Source of the DNA: Acidobacteria bacterium RIFCSPLOWO2_12_FULL_54_10
GTDB taxonomy: Bacteria; Acidobacteriota; Terriglobia; 2-12-FULL-54-10
DNA length: 61,733 nt
Assembly: GCA_001767075.1 (NCBI GenBank)
Contig: MEKX01000013.1
Span: forward strand, 1-61,733
Direction of reading: 5' to 3'
Shown here: positions 45,613-55,157 of the stretch, one piece after another
Layout of the letters: every line of letters starts with the position of its first letter
How positions within the stretch are numbered: position 1 is the stretch's first letter
Program-made: the position numbers and the translations under genes
The notes under the pieces: model-generated
The model's database searches: none
Told to the model about the DNA's origin: nothing
Seen by the model: only the letters and a program-made list of their open reading frames with translations

Positions 45613-46728
45613 TTACCGTTTGACCGCCGGTGAGGGGGTCCCTTTCCCTTGCAACAATCCGGTGCCCCTGTTGATCATATCTTGTAACTCATCCGGATTG
45701 TGAGACCGCAATAGGGCAACTTCCAATGTGATGTTCTTATTGAAATAATGAGTTGCCAGCGCTTGATTTAACGTTTGCATGCCATATTTTTCCTGGCCGG
45801 TCTGCATGGCTGAATAAATCTGGTGAATCTTGTCCTCGCGGATCAGATTTCGAATGGCTGAATTGGGAATCAATATCTCCAGAGCCATGGCGCGACCGGA
45901 CCCGGATGCCTTTGGCAACAAGGCCTGGCAGAGGATGCCTTCCAGAACAATAGATAGCTGTGCGCGAATTTGAGGTTGTTGGTGGGCGGGAAAAACATCC
46001 ACAACGCGGTTAATCGTAGAAGCTGCCGAGTTCGTATGTAACGTCCCGAAGGTTAAATGTCCGGTTTCCGCGATTCGTATCGCAGATTCAATCGTATCCA
46101 GGTCGCGCATTTCCCCGATGAGCACGACGTCAGGGTCTTCGCGAAGAGCCGCACGAAGAGCGTTTGAAAAGGAAAGTGTGTCGGAGTGAACTTCCCGCTG
46201 GTTGACTAGGCAACTCTTATGGCCATGCAAAAACTCAATTGGGTCTTCGATTGTAATAATGTGATCATGCTTCTCACTGTTAATCTTATCTATCATGGCA
46301 GCAAGGGTTGTGGACTTACCGCTGCCGGTTGGCCCGGTCACTAATATAAGTCCGCGTGGTCTTTCGCATAGCTTTGCCACTACGGGGGGCAAAGCTAATT
46401 GCTGGAAGCTTCGGATCTCATAAGGAATCATTCTGAATACGGCAGCAACCGCTCCTCTTTGATTAAAGAGGTTGCCGCGAAATCGCGCCAAGCCTTTAAT
46501 GCCAAAGCTGAAGTCGAGCTCTAAATGCTCTTCAAATCGGTGCTTTTGCGCATCCGTTAGGACGCTATAGGCCAGTTGCTTTGTTTCTGCGGCATTCAGG
46601 GGTGGCAAATCCAGTGGACGCAGCCCGCCATCCACGCGGATTTGCGGAGGCGTGTTGGTCGTTATGTGGAGATCGGACCCCTTCATCTCCAACAATTTTT
46701 TCAGCAATTCACTGAGTGACAGCGCCAT
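45613..46728 (-). CDS. pilT: twitching-motility retraction ATPase
   Basis: SDLHITT, Walker A GPTGSGKST, Asp box, Walker B ILVGEMRD, and the PilT-type AIRNLIRE motif. Confidence 0.9.
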   Translation of the reverse strand: MALSLSELLKKLLEMKGSDLHITTNTPPQIRVDGGLRPLDLPPLNAAETKQLAYSVLTDAQKHRFEEHLELDFSFGIKGLARFRGNLFNQRGAVAAVFRMIPYEIRSFQQLALPPVVAKLCERPRGLILVTGPTGSGKSTTLAAMIDKINSEKHDHIITIEDPIEFLHGHKSCLVNQREVHSDTLSFSNALRAALREDPDVVLIGEMRDLDTIESAIRIAETGHLTFGTLHTNSAASTINRVVDVFPAHQQPQIRAQLSIVLEGILCQALLPKASGSGRAMALEILIPNSAIRNLIREDKIHQIYSAMQTGQEKYGMQTLNQALATHYFNKNITLEVALLRSHNPDELQDMINRGTGLLQGKGTPSPAVKR

Positions 46729-46817
46729 GTTACCCCTTTCCTTCTATCCTAACTTGGTAGCAAAATTCCAGCGGCAAATTAATTGACTGTGCCAATCCAT
46801 GCACTGCCTCAATCGTC

Positions 46818-48542
46818 CTAGAGCAAAGTCTCCCGCATGATTTCCTCTAATGTTGTGACCCCATCCCGAACCTTGATCAATCCGCTGCGGCGCAGCGTAA
46901 TCATTCCCTGTTCGATGGCCTTTTTCCGAAGCTCAAGGGAGGAAGCGCCAACTAGAACCAACTCCCGCATTTCGTCATTGATCTCGAGCACCTCATAGAG
47001 GCCTGCACGGCCCTTGTAACCAGACTGGTTACACTTGTCGCAACCCTCCCCTTTCTTGGGGACAACTTCCTTGGCTTCATCCGGCGTATATCCGGCATCG
47101 ATCAACACCTGTGGCGGGGGGGGATTATCCACTTTGCAGTTCGCGCAAACACGTCGCACCAAGCGCTGGGCACAAATCAAGTGCACCGAGGTCGCCACCA
47201 GAAACGGTTCAATACCCATATTCATCAGACGGCTAATGGTGGAAGGAGCATCATTGGTGTGCAATGTGCTGAGAACCAGGTGGCCTGTGAGCGCGGCTTT
47301 GATGGCTACTTCTGCGGTTTCGAAGTCCCGGATTTCTCCGACCAGAATGATATTGGGATCCTGCCGCAAAAAGGAGCGTAAAGCTGCCGCGAAATTGAGC
47401 CCAATCTGTTCTTTCATTTGAACCTGATTAATGCCCATGAGCTGGAATTCCACGGGATCTTCGGCGGTCATGATATTTGTATCCGGTTTGTTCAGCTGGG
47501 AGATGGAGGAATACAGTGTATTGGTTTTACCGCTACCCGTAGGTCCAGTTACCAAAACCATCCCGTAAGGTTTCAGAATCGCCTTCTCGAATTTTGTGAG
47601 TGATTCCTGCTCAAAACCAAGTTTGGTCATATCCAGCCGAAGATTTTCCTTGTCCAACAGCCGCATCACGACCTTTTCGCCAAACAAGGTCGGGCAGATG
47701 CTGACACGGAAATCCAACTGTTTTTTGCGGCCATCCTTCAGCAGGCGAATCATGATGCGGCCGTCCTGGGGAAGCCGCTTCTCTGCAATGTCCAGTTTGG
47801 ACATGATCTTGATGCGGGAAATGATCGCATCCCGCATTTTCACAGGCGGTGACATTACAGTTTGCAGGATGCCGTCAATGCGGAATCGCACACGGTATTC
47901 TTTCTCATAGGGCTCCATATGGATGTCACTGGCGCCGCGCAGCAAGGACTCCCGCATCATGAGGTTGACTAATTTTACGACCGGAGCTTCCGTAGCAGCT
48001 TTCTCGAGCTCGCTTTCTCCCAGTTGCGCTTCTTCGGCTTCCAGTTCGAGAACCTCATCGTCAGAACTCATCTCCTCCATAGCCTTGGAAAAGGCATCAT
48101 CTGCCTTCTCTTTGACCTGGCTATAGTATTTTTCTATGGACTCACGAATGGAACTCTCGGAAGCTACGACCGGCTCCACGTTAAATCCGGTCATAAACTT
48201 GATGTCGTCCATGGCAAATACGTTGGTTGGATCTACCATGGCAATCGCCAACGAAGTGCCCACCCGGCTAAGAGGAAGGATTTCATATCGCCGCGCAGTG
48301 TCTTCAGGAACCAAACGGATGATTTCTGAATCTACTTCGAAGAATGCGAGATTGATCGATGGGACACCGTATTGCCGGGAGAGGAATGTTGTTACCTCTT
48401 CATCAGTAACAAACCCCAGCTTGACCAGAGCGCTACCGAGCCTGCCTCCAGTCTTTTTTTGCTCATTCAAACCCTCGGTCAATTGGGCGATGGTGATGAG
48501 GCTTTCTTTTACCATCAAATCGCCGAGCCGTGTTCCGGACAT
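46818..48542 (-). CDS. pilB: type IV pilus assembly ATPase (GspE/PilB family)
   Basis: N-terminal T2SSE_N domain, Walker A GPTGSGKTNT, and a tetracysteine motif (CANC...CDKC). Confidence 0.9.
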   Translation of the reverse strand: MSGTRLGDLMVKESLITIAQLTEGLNEQKKTGGRLGSALVKLGFVTDEEVTTFLSRQYGVPSINLAFFEVDSEIIRLVPEDTARRYEILPLSRVGTSLAIAMVDPTNVFAMDDIKFMTGFNVEPVVASESSIRESIEKYYSQVKEKADDAFSKAMEEMSSDDEVLELEAEEAQLGESELEKAATEAPVVKLVNLMMRESLLRGASDIHMEPYEKEYRVRFRIDGILQTVMSPPVKMRDAIISRIKIMSKLDIAEKRLPQDGRIMIRLLKDGRKKQLDFRVSICPTLFGEKVVMRLLDKENLRLDMTKLGFEQESLTKFEKAILKPYGMVLVTGPTGSGKTNTLYSSISQLNKPDTNIMTAEDPVEFQLMGINQVQMKEQIGLNFAAALRSFLRQDPNIILVGEIRDFETAEVAIKAALTGHLVLSTLHTNDAPSTISRLMNMGIEPFLVATSVHLICAQRLVRRVCANCKVDNPPPPQVLIDAGYTPDEAKEVVPKKGEGCDKCNQSGYKGRAGLYEVLEINDEMRELVLVGASSLELRKKAIEQGMITLRRSGLIKVRDGVTTLEEIMRETLL

Positions 48543-48799
48543 TCGATTAGACCTCGCAAGAATCAGTGTGCTGAAGACCGCACATTAGTAGGGTAGCACA
48601 AGAGTAACTCCATCGAATTATTAGCCGAGAAAACCAGGCGAGTCAAGCACTTCCAATTATGATCCATTACGCATCTGTTACCGTATTGATTTGTAGCTTA
48701 GCAATACATTTTAGATTCTGTCGTTTAAGCAAACGGAGGCAAAATCCTTGCTTTGCTCCTTCAAGTGACGTTATCATGCCAGAAGAAAAGAGGTTTTTC

Positions 48800-49045
48800 A
48801 TGGGGAACATTGGCTTCCCAGAACTGATTATCATTTTCATCGTGGTGCTTTTGCTATTCGGCCCAAAACGCCTGCCTGAATTGGGTCGTTCTCTAGGCCG
48901 CGGCTTGACTGAGTTCAGGAGAGCGTCCAATGACTTGAAAAACTCCATTGAACGCGAAGTGGAATCCGCTGAGTTGGAAAAGTCGCTGAGAGAAGCCGCC
49001 CAGCCACCGGCTAAGCCCGGAAATCCCCATGACCAAGCCTCCTGA
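48800..49045 (+). CDS. tatA: twin-arginine translocase subunit TatA/E
   Basis: [33 protein letters not shown], the canonical TatA TM plus hinge. Confidence 0.85.
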   Translation: MGNIGFPELIIIFIVVLLLFGPKRLPELGRSLGRGLTEFRRASNDLKNSIEREVESAELEKSLREAAQPPAKPGNPHDQAS

Positions 49046-49952
49046 GAAACCAGGTGCGGGGCCACCGGACTCTCGTAAGTTAGCCAGCCAGTTACGCAGT
49101 TATGCCCATGCAGATCCTCCGGAAAATATCGGAATAGCCTTGCAGGAAAGGTTGTCAAAGATTCCTCCTCCCGGCAATACGCCGCCTGGACAGTATGAAG
49201 GTAATCCGCCGGATATTCCCCCGATGTCTTTCCTGGATCATCTGGAAGAACTCCGCCGAAGAATATTCCATGCCATCGCTGCTCTATTCGTCGGCGTGAT
49301 CATTTGCTGGACCTTTGCCGACAACATATATGAGGTGTTGGCTAAGCCATTGACCATGCTTTTGCGGGAACTTCATATGGAAGAATCCTTGGTTTATACA
49401 AACCCTGTTGCGCCCTTCAGTTTGTATGTGCATTTATCACTCATCGCCGGCCTGTTCCTGGCCTCGCCCTACGTCTTGTATCAAGTTTGGGCGTTCATTT
49501 CTCCTGGCCTGTATCCTAACGAAAAAAAGTATGCCATTCCCTTCGTTCTGCTTTCGTCAGCTTTGTTCATCTCAGGCGGTGTATTTGCCTATACCATCGC
49601 GTTTCCCGCAGCGCTCCGCTTCTTGCTGACATTCGGTCATCAATTTCGTCCCCTGATAACGATCAATGAGTACTTCAGCCTGGCGACGACAATCATTCTA
49701 GGCTTGGCGCTCGTGTTTGAATTACCTATTCTGATACTGTTTCTAACGCTACTGAGAGTCGTTACCCCAACTTTTCTCATTAAGAACTTCCGCTATGCTG
49801 TGTTGTTGATTTTCATTCTGGCAGCCGTTATCACTCCCACGCCGGACATACCTACCATGATGCTCTTCGCAGCCCCGCTGATTGTGCTGTATCTGTTCGG
49901 GGTCGGATTATCGTGGCTATTATTGCGCAGTCGTGGCCGGAAGGAAGCTTGA
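49029..49952 (+). CDS. tatC: twin-arginine translocase subunit TatC (the conserved core starts at 49224; the Pro-rich 65-aa N-terminal extension is uncertain)
   Basis: [15 protein letters not shown], then six TM segments in the TatC pattern. Confidence 0.85.
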   Translation: MTKPPEKPGAGPPDSRKLASQLRSYAHADPPENIGIALQERLSKIPPPGNTPPGQYEGNPPDIPPMSFLDHLEELRRRIFHAIAALFVGVIICWTFADNIYEVLAKPLTMLLRELHMEESLVYTNPVAPFSLYVHLSLIAGLFLASPYVLYQVWAFISPGLYPNEKKYAIPFVLLSSALFISGGVFAYTIAFPAALRFLLTFGHQFRPLITINEYFSLATTIILGLALVFELPILILFLTLLRVVTPTFLIKNFRYAVLLIFILAAVITPTPDIPTMMLFAAPLIVLYLFGVGLSWLLLRSRGRKEA

Positions 49953-49956
49953 CGAA

Positions 49957-50895
49957 ATGAAGCAAAAACCACAAAAAAGGAATTTGAGCATGAGATTAGC
50001 GATATCCACAGTTGTGCTTGCTGGAATCGGACTCATGCTCTGGGGCGCTATGAACTTAACGCAGGTAAAATCCGCCGCCGCGCTGGGGGAAGAAGCCATG
50101 CAACACGTAGAGCGGATCGTTGCATTCGGCCCTCGGCCAGCCGGCTCTGAAGCGCTACGCAAATCCAGGGAATACATCATAGATAATCTTCGCTCTGCCG
50201 GATTCATCACCGAGGAAGAGTCCTTCACTGCGCTCACACCCGCGGGCAATATACCCATGACAAATATAATTGCCACCCTTCCCGGACGTTCGGATCGGAC
50301 CATCGTTTTGGCAACGCACTACGAAACAAAACTGACAAAACAGTTTGAATTTGTCGGAGCCAATGATGGTGGCTCTGGCACGGGCTTGCTATTGGCTCTG
50401 GCAAAACGCATCGCAAATTCAACCTACGAGCGGACGATACGGTTAGTCTTCTTTGACGGCGAAGAAGCATTTTTTGAATGGAGTGCACTGGACTCGCTTT
50501 ATGGTAGCCGCCACTTGGCCGAGAAGTGGAAGGCATCAGGGGAATCCAGCAAAATCGGCGCCTTCCTGCTAATCGACATGATTGGTGACAGCAATCTGAA
50601 CATTCGGCGCGAATCTCATTCAACGCCCTGGCTCAACGACATGATCTGGCGAACTGCCGCGCGCCTTGGTTACGAACAATACTTCCTCCCAATTTCCGGA
50701 GCAGTAGAAGATGACCATATCCCATTCTTGCAAGCGGGAGTTCCCGCTGCCGACCTGATTGATTTCAATTATGGCCCCAGCAACCGTTACTGGCATTCTG
50801 CTGATGACACTCTGGACAAGCTAAGCGCTCAGAGCTTAGGCATCGTGGGCGAAGTACTGCTGGCGGTGGTGGAGGAATTGGACGAAAAACAATAA
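49957..50895 (+). CDS. M28-family peptidase / glutaminyl-cyclase-like protein
   Basis: Signal anchor, then ATHYETK, GANDGGSGTG, FFDGEEAF and DDHIPF metal-ligand motifs. Confidence 0.8.
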   Translation: MKQKPQKRNLSMRLAISTVVLAGIGLMLWGAMNLTQVKSAAALGEEAMQHVERIVAFGPRPAGSEALRKSREYIIDNLRSAGFITEEESFTALTPAGNIPMTNIIATLPGRSDRTIVLATHYETKLTKQFEFVGANDGGSGTGLLLALAKRIANSTYERTIRLVFFDGEEAFFEWSALDSLYGSRHLAEKWKASGESSKIGAFLLIDMIGDSNLNIRRESHSTPWLNDMIWRTAARLGYEQYFLPISGAVEDDHIPFLQAGVPAADLIDFNYGPSNRYWHSADDTLDKLSAQSLGIVGEVLLAVVEELDEKQ

Positions 50896-50992
50896 TCGCA
50901 GACTGGGTGATAACCATTCGCCCAATCGCCGCGATTCGGCTTTCATCTTGACATGCCAGCCTGGATGGCGTAACAAATAAGATCAGGCGATA

Positions 50993-51061
50993 ATGAATAA
51001 CAAGACCCCATACCGACTGAACTCGCAGCTCTACTGTAGTCGCTGTTGTAGTATCCTTTAG
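50993..51061 (+). CDS. candidate Cys-codon leader peptide (22 codons) upstream of sulfite reductase
   Basis: ATG..TAG encodes MNNKTPYRLNSQLYCSRCCSIL, with 3 Cys codons including a tandem pair. It lies between a TTGACA-17-TAACAA promoter-like site and a terminator hairpin that abuts the reductase RBS. Confidence 0.45.
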   Translation: MNNKTPYRLNSQLYCSRCCSIL

Positions 51062-51114
51062 TATCGGCTGGGTTGGCGGATTTCTTATCAAACTGTAATT
51101 CAGGTTTTCTCAGT

Positions 51115-51153
51115 AAACCCACCACAGAATCCAGCTTGGTGGTTTTTTTATTT
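51115..51153 (+). terminator. terminator-like hairpin inside the sulfite reductase 5' leader
   Basis: CCACCA (51119-51124) pairs with TGGTGG (51137-51142), extended by AG/CT, and is followed by T7AT3 (51143-51153). The RBS GGGGG and the ATG at 51166 follow directly. Confidence 0.6.
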
Positions 51154-51165
51154 CCGGGGGTTGCC

Positions 51166-53313
51166 ATGAACGAGAATGTGATTGCGGTTTCAGATAGCAT
51201 ACGATGGAGCCATTTGCCCCAGGCAATTCGGGAGGAAATTGATATTTTCGAAACCGAGCTGCGACGGTTGCAAGCCGGCCAAATGTCTGAAAAGGTGTTC
51301 CTCGAATTCCGGCTGCGGCATGGTGTTTATGGACAGCGGCAGAGCGGCGTGCAAATGTTGCGCATCAAGATTCCGATGGGGATGCTCAGCGCGGCGCAAC
51401 TGGAAGTCCTGGCGGATATCGCTGAAGATTACTCCGATGCTATTTCGCACGTCACCACTCGCCAAGACATCCAGATGCATTTCATCGATATCAACGACAT
51501 GCCGAATATCTTCCGGCGATTAGCCGAGGCGGGCATCACTACGCGCGAGGCTTGCGGCAACGTAGTCCGCAACGTGACGGCGTGCCCTTTGTCCGGCGTC
51601 TGTTCTGATGAATCCTTTGATGTCACACCGTATGCGCGGGCCATGGCTTACTTCCTGCTCCGGCATCCGGACACACAGAATTTCGGAAGAAAATTCAAGA
51701 TCGCGTTCTCAGGCTGCGCAGATCACGCCTGTGGATTAGCGCGCATACACGACATTGGAGCAATCGCCACAGTGCGAGATGAACACGGTCAAAAACGCCG
51801 TGGGTTCGCGGTCTACCTGGGCGGGGGCCTCGGAGCCATCCCGCATCAGGCTAAGCTCTATAGCGAATTTGTTCCTGCCGAAGAAATGCTCCCGCTGGCG
51901 CAGGCGATTTCGCGCGTTTTTGCACGTCTAGGCGAAAAGAAGAACCGCGCTAAAGCGCGCATGAAATTCCTTGTCGCTAAGCTCGGAATGGAGCAATTCG
52001 GCGGTCTGGTCCGAGAGGAGCTTGAAAAGTTGCCGAGGGAAGCGCAATGGTCTGACTGGGTTCAAGAAGCTGAAAAGTTTCAAGAGAATCCTACGAAACC
52101 GCCGACCGATCTCGATTTGCAAGACACATCTGCGGAATTTCAAAAATGGCACCGGATCAATGTCCGCCCACAAGCGCAGCAGGGCTATTCGGTCGTAACC
52201 ATTTATCTTCCGCTGGGCGACATTTCATCCTGGCAATTGCGCGCGCTGGCAACTATCTGCCGCAAATATGTCCGTGACACGATCCGCACATCGGTGGAGC
52301 AAAATCTTCTCCTGCGCTGGGTCTCGAACGCCGATTTCCCAGCACTGCATCAGGACCTGGCAGCAGTCGATCTAGCAACCTCATCCGCGGGCACTATCGC
52401 AGACGTTTCGGCCTGCCCGGGCACCGATTCTTGTAAACTGGGAATCACCTCGTCGCGCGGGCTGGCGGCAGAACTCCAAAACCATTTCCGCAATGGCATG
52501 AGCGATCTCGCGGATCGGCAGGACCTGCGGCTAAAAGTCAGCGGATGTTTTAACGCTTGCGGCCAGCACCATGTGGCAGATATCGGTTTCTTTGGTTCCA
52601 GCCGCAGAATCGGGCAGCACGTCGCTCCCATATTCCAAGTTGTTCTGGGTGGAACCACGCAGAACAACGCCTCCTCCTTTGGATTATCGATGGGCAAAGT
52701 AGCCGCCAGAAATGTTCCTGGCGTGGTGCGCCGATTATCCGATGTTTATACGCGCGAAAAGATTGGCCAAGAAACCTTCGCACAGTTCACCGAACGCGTT
52801 GGAAAGGCCCGGATCAAACAGGAATTGGCGGAATTTGAACGTCTCCCGGACCATGCTGAGAATCCCGCATTTTACCAGGACAACCGCCAGAGTTGGGATT
52901 ACTTCATGGAAACCGGCGTTGGTGAATGCGCTGGAGCGGTGGTCGATCAAGCAGAATTCCTGTTGGAAGATGCGGATCGGCTTGTGTTTGAAGCAACGTT
53001 GCATCTGGAGGCTGCCCGGCTGGAACCAGCTGCCTCAACGGCTTTTCAAGCTATGAAAAAAGCAGCCGATGGCCTTTTATCCACCCGTGGCTTGTTGCTT
53101 TCTGACCGCTACGACACTATGGAGGAGTTTCGCAAGAGGCTGGCGGATGCGGGGCAATTCCTTCCCATGTGCGCCGAATACTTTTTCCGGGCAGCAGAAG
53201 AAGGTCCTGGCAATTTGACCGCAGAGCAAACGCATCAGCGCGTGGAAGAAGCCACTTTGTTTATTGAGGAAGCTCATGGTGTATACAGCCGATCTTCCGG
53301 CATGTTAGCCTGA
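51166..53313 (+). CDS. ferredoxin-type sulfite/nitrite reductase hemoprotein (NirA/Sir family) with a C-terminal helical extension of about 150 aa
   Basis: Duplicated NIR_SIR ferredoxin-like and siroheme domains. The cluster/siroheme cysteines are ACPGTDSCKLG and SGCFNACGQHH. Confidence 0.85.
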   Translation: MNENVIAVSDSIRWSHLPQAIREEIDIFETELRRLQAGQMSEKVFLEFRLRHGVYGQRQSGVQMLRIKIPMGMLSAAQLEVLADIAEDYSDAISHVTTRQDIQMHFIDINDMPNIFRRLAEAGITTREACGNVVRNVTACPLSGVCSDESFDVTPYARAMAYFLLRHPDTQNFGRKFKIAFSGCADHACGLARIHDIGAIATVRDEHGQKRRGFAVYLGGGLGAIPHQAKLYSEFVPAEEMLPLAQAISRVFARLGEKKNRAKARMKFLVAKLGMEQFGGLVREELEKLPREAQWSDWVQEAEKFQENPTKPPTDLDLQDTSAEFQKWHRINVRPQAQQGYSVVTIYLPLGDISSWQLRALATICRKYVRDTIRTSVEQNLLLRWVSNADFPALHQDLAAVDLATSSAGTIADVSACPGTDSCKLGITSSRGLAAELQNHFRNGMSDLADRQDLRLKVSGCFNACGQHHVADIGFFGSSRRIGQHVAPIFQVVLGGTTQNNASSFGLSMGKVAARNVPGVVRRLSDVYTREKIGQETFAQFTERVGKARIKQELAEFERLPDHAENPAFYQDNRQSWDYFMETGVGECAGAVVDQAEFLLEDADRLVFEATLHLEAARLEPAASTAFQAMKKAADGLLSTRGLLLSDRYDTMEEFRKRLADAGQFLPMCAEYFFRAAEEGPGNLTAEQTHQRVEEATLFIEEAHGVYSRSSGMLA

Positions 53314-53346
53314 TGGACGAAAAATAATAATGATCGGAAATAGAAC

Positions 53347-53940
53347 TTGACCCTCGATCTAGCACGCATCCAAGTCAAGATTTTAAGCAACGCGGCGGTG
53401 GATATTTCTCTCGATCCATTTCTGGAGATTTTCAACCGCTGGCGCAAAGAGAAGCATCCTTTGGAATGGGTGGACCTGGCTGATTACGCACACGTGCCGA
53501 AAGGGCCTGGCATCGTTCTGATTGGAAATCGCGGCAATTTATCGTTTGATCTGGGCGATCCGGCTCCGGGGATACTCTATGCTGCTAAAAAAGGATTAAC
53601 CGGAACTCACCGCGAACGGTTGCAATCGGCATTTATTACAGGCATGGAGTTATCCAGCCGGCTGTCTATGGAAAATAATTTCCCTCGTGAAGTACGACTC
53701 CAAACCAGCGCTCTCGAACTTCGGTTCAACGACCGGCTGGCCACCGCGAATAGTGAAGCAACCGATATAGAAATCAGACCGGCGATTGTTGACACGCTCA
53801 ATGCTTTAATGGGAACTGGAAATTACCGCATGAAAAGCATGCCTGACCCACGGAGTAGTTACGGCTGGTCTGTTCGGGCGAATCATGAATCCAGCCTGGA
53901 ATCGCTCATCCAACGTCTCGGAACGCTTTCCGCAAAGTAA
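53347..53940 (+). CDS. hypothetical protein (TTG start, no recognised motif)
   Basis: 197-aa ORF 34 nt downstream of the reductase on the same strand. The coding-like composition is the only support. Confidence 0.4.
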   Translation: MTLDLARIQVKILSNAAVDISLDPFLEIFNRWRKEKHPLEWVDLADYAHVPKGPGIVLIGNRGNLSFDLGDPAPGILYAAKKGLTGTHRERLQSAFITGMELSSRLSMENNFPREVRLQTSALELRFNDRLATANSEATDIEIRPAIVDTLNALMGTGNYRMKSMPDPRSSYGWSVRANHESSLESLIQRLGTLSAK

Positions 53941-53968
53941 ACTCGAACCCGAATCATTTAGTGTAGCG

Positions 53969-55033
53969 CTATCTCCTGGACATCAGGCGCCGTCTGGGAG
54001 CCCACCTGCGATCACTGAAATCTCGCTGGGGGAGAGGTGAAATTTCAGTTGATGATCGAATGGAATCCGGCGGCAGAGAAACTGTGACAGGAGCGCGGAG
54101 TTGAAATGAAAGTCTGGTTTCGCGCGCCAGGATTACGGGTTTGCCTCGAGTCAACAACACGCCCGCAGCGCTGGCGCCCGCCGCTGTAGCGGCTCCAATC
54201 CCAGCGCCTTTGCGCCCGCCTGCGATAGCGCCGATAGCCGCGCCAATCGCGGCTCCCGTGCCGATGCGGGCTGCGTCCTGGCCTCTGGTTGATTCACCAT
54301 GCTCGACGATGGAGTCCGTAACGATTTCAACCCAATTTCCAGTGCTCAGCATCAAGCGGTCAAGCTCCAAGCGAATCTCAGACAATCCTTGCACGCGCCC
54401 CGCCTGTTCCACTTGAATGATGCGGCCTTCCACTGTGCTGCCGCGAGGAGCAACCATCAGGTTGCCGGAGTAGAGCGATTCATCCAAGACAGCCGTGAAT
54501 CGGTCTCCTGCTCTGTTGCGATCAGAGCCTACGGTATCCTGCAATCTGACCGACAGGAAGGTTCCCGCATGTACTGTAGCATCGATGGATGTTGGCTCCG
54601 GTGGCACTACGGAAGGACCCACCAGCGGCGGAGTTGAGAGCGCTTGCACCGCTGGAGCAGCGAATGGGGCGGGGTCGAGCGGAGGGGTGGCGAATGCAGA
54701 AGGAGCGGGTGCAGATTGTGGATTTATCACGGAAGATTCTTGACGGTCTCGAATATAATTACTATTTGGCGAGGTAGGCTTGGAAATCCGCTGCTGGACA
54801 GTGACGATTGGTTTCTTGGGAATTTCAGGAATGGCGATTTCAGGTTCTGAAGTAGTTTTCGCTGCCGTCAATGGTTCGGTTCCCTCGGTTCTCTCGGTTC
54901 CGTCGGTTGAGCGCCGCAATTGGCGATCTAAGGAGAAAAGCAAGAAAGCAACTAGGACCAGAACTCCCAGGATGGCAATGGCCGTAAATCTCAAAAATCG
55001 ATCTTCGGTAACATGCGCTTCTTTGTCTGGCAT
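53969..55033 (-). CDS. membrane-anchored protein with a Pro-rich linker and a C-terminal glycine-zipper
   Basis: The ATG at 55033 precedes the TM segment FTAIAILGVLVLVAFLLF. The C-terminal segment is GAAIGAAIGAIAGGRKGAGIGAATAAGASAAG. Confidence 0.5.
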   Translation of the reverse strand: MPDKEAHVTEDRFLRFTAIAILGVLVLVAFLLFSLDRQLRRSTDGTERTEGTEPLTAAKTTSEPEIAIPEIPKKPIVTVQQRISKPTSPNSNYIRDRQESSVINPQSAPAPSAFATPPLDPAPFAAPAVQALSTPPLVGPSVVPPEPTSIDATVHAGTFLSVRLQDTVGSDRNRAGDRFTAVLDESLYSGNLMVAPRGSTVEGRIIQVEQAGRVQGLSEIRLELDRLMLSTGNWVEIVTDSIVEHGESTRGQDAARIGTGAAIGAAIGAIAGGRKGAGIGAATAAGASAAGVLLTRGKPVILARETRLSFQLRAPVTVSLPPDSIRSSTEISPLPQRDFSDRRWAPRRRLMSRR

Positions 55034-55157
55034 GGTTGCACCTCCGCTACAGAGTTTGCCCGGCTTATGGCCAGAGCCGGAGCAGCAATTCCACTGCAAA
55101 TATCAAAAACCCAATAAATGGGGAAAAGTTTCGGTTCATGGTGTAAAGTACTTCGGA

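Noticed and set aside
49029-49223. A Pro-rich 65-aa N-terminal extension of TatC that overlaps the tatA 3' end.
   Set aside because: It may simply reflect the longest-ORF convention, because the conserved TatC core begins at the ATG at 49224. This cannot be decided without comparative or proteomic data.
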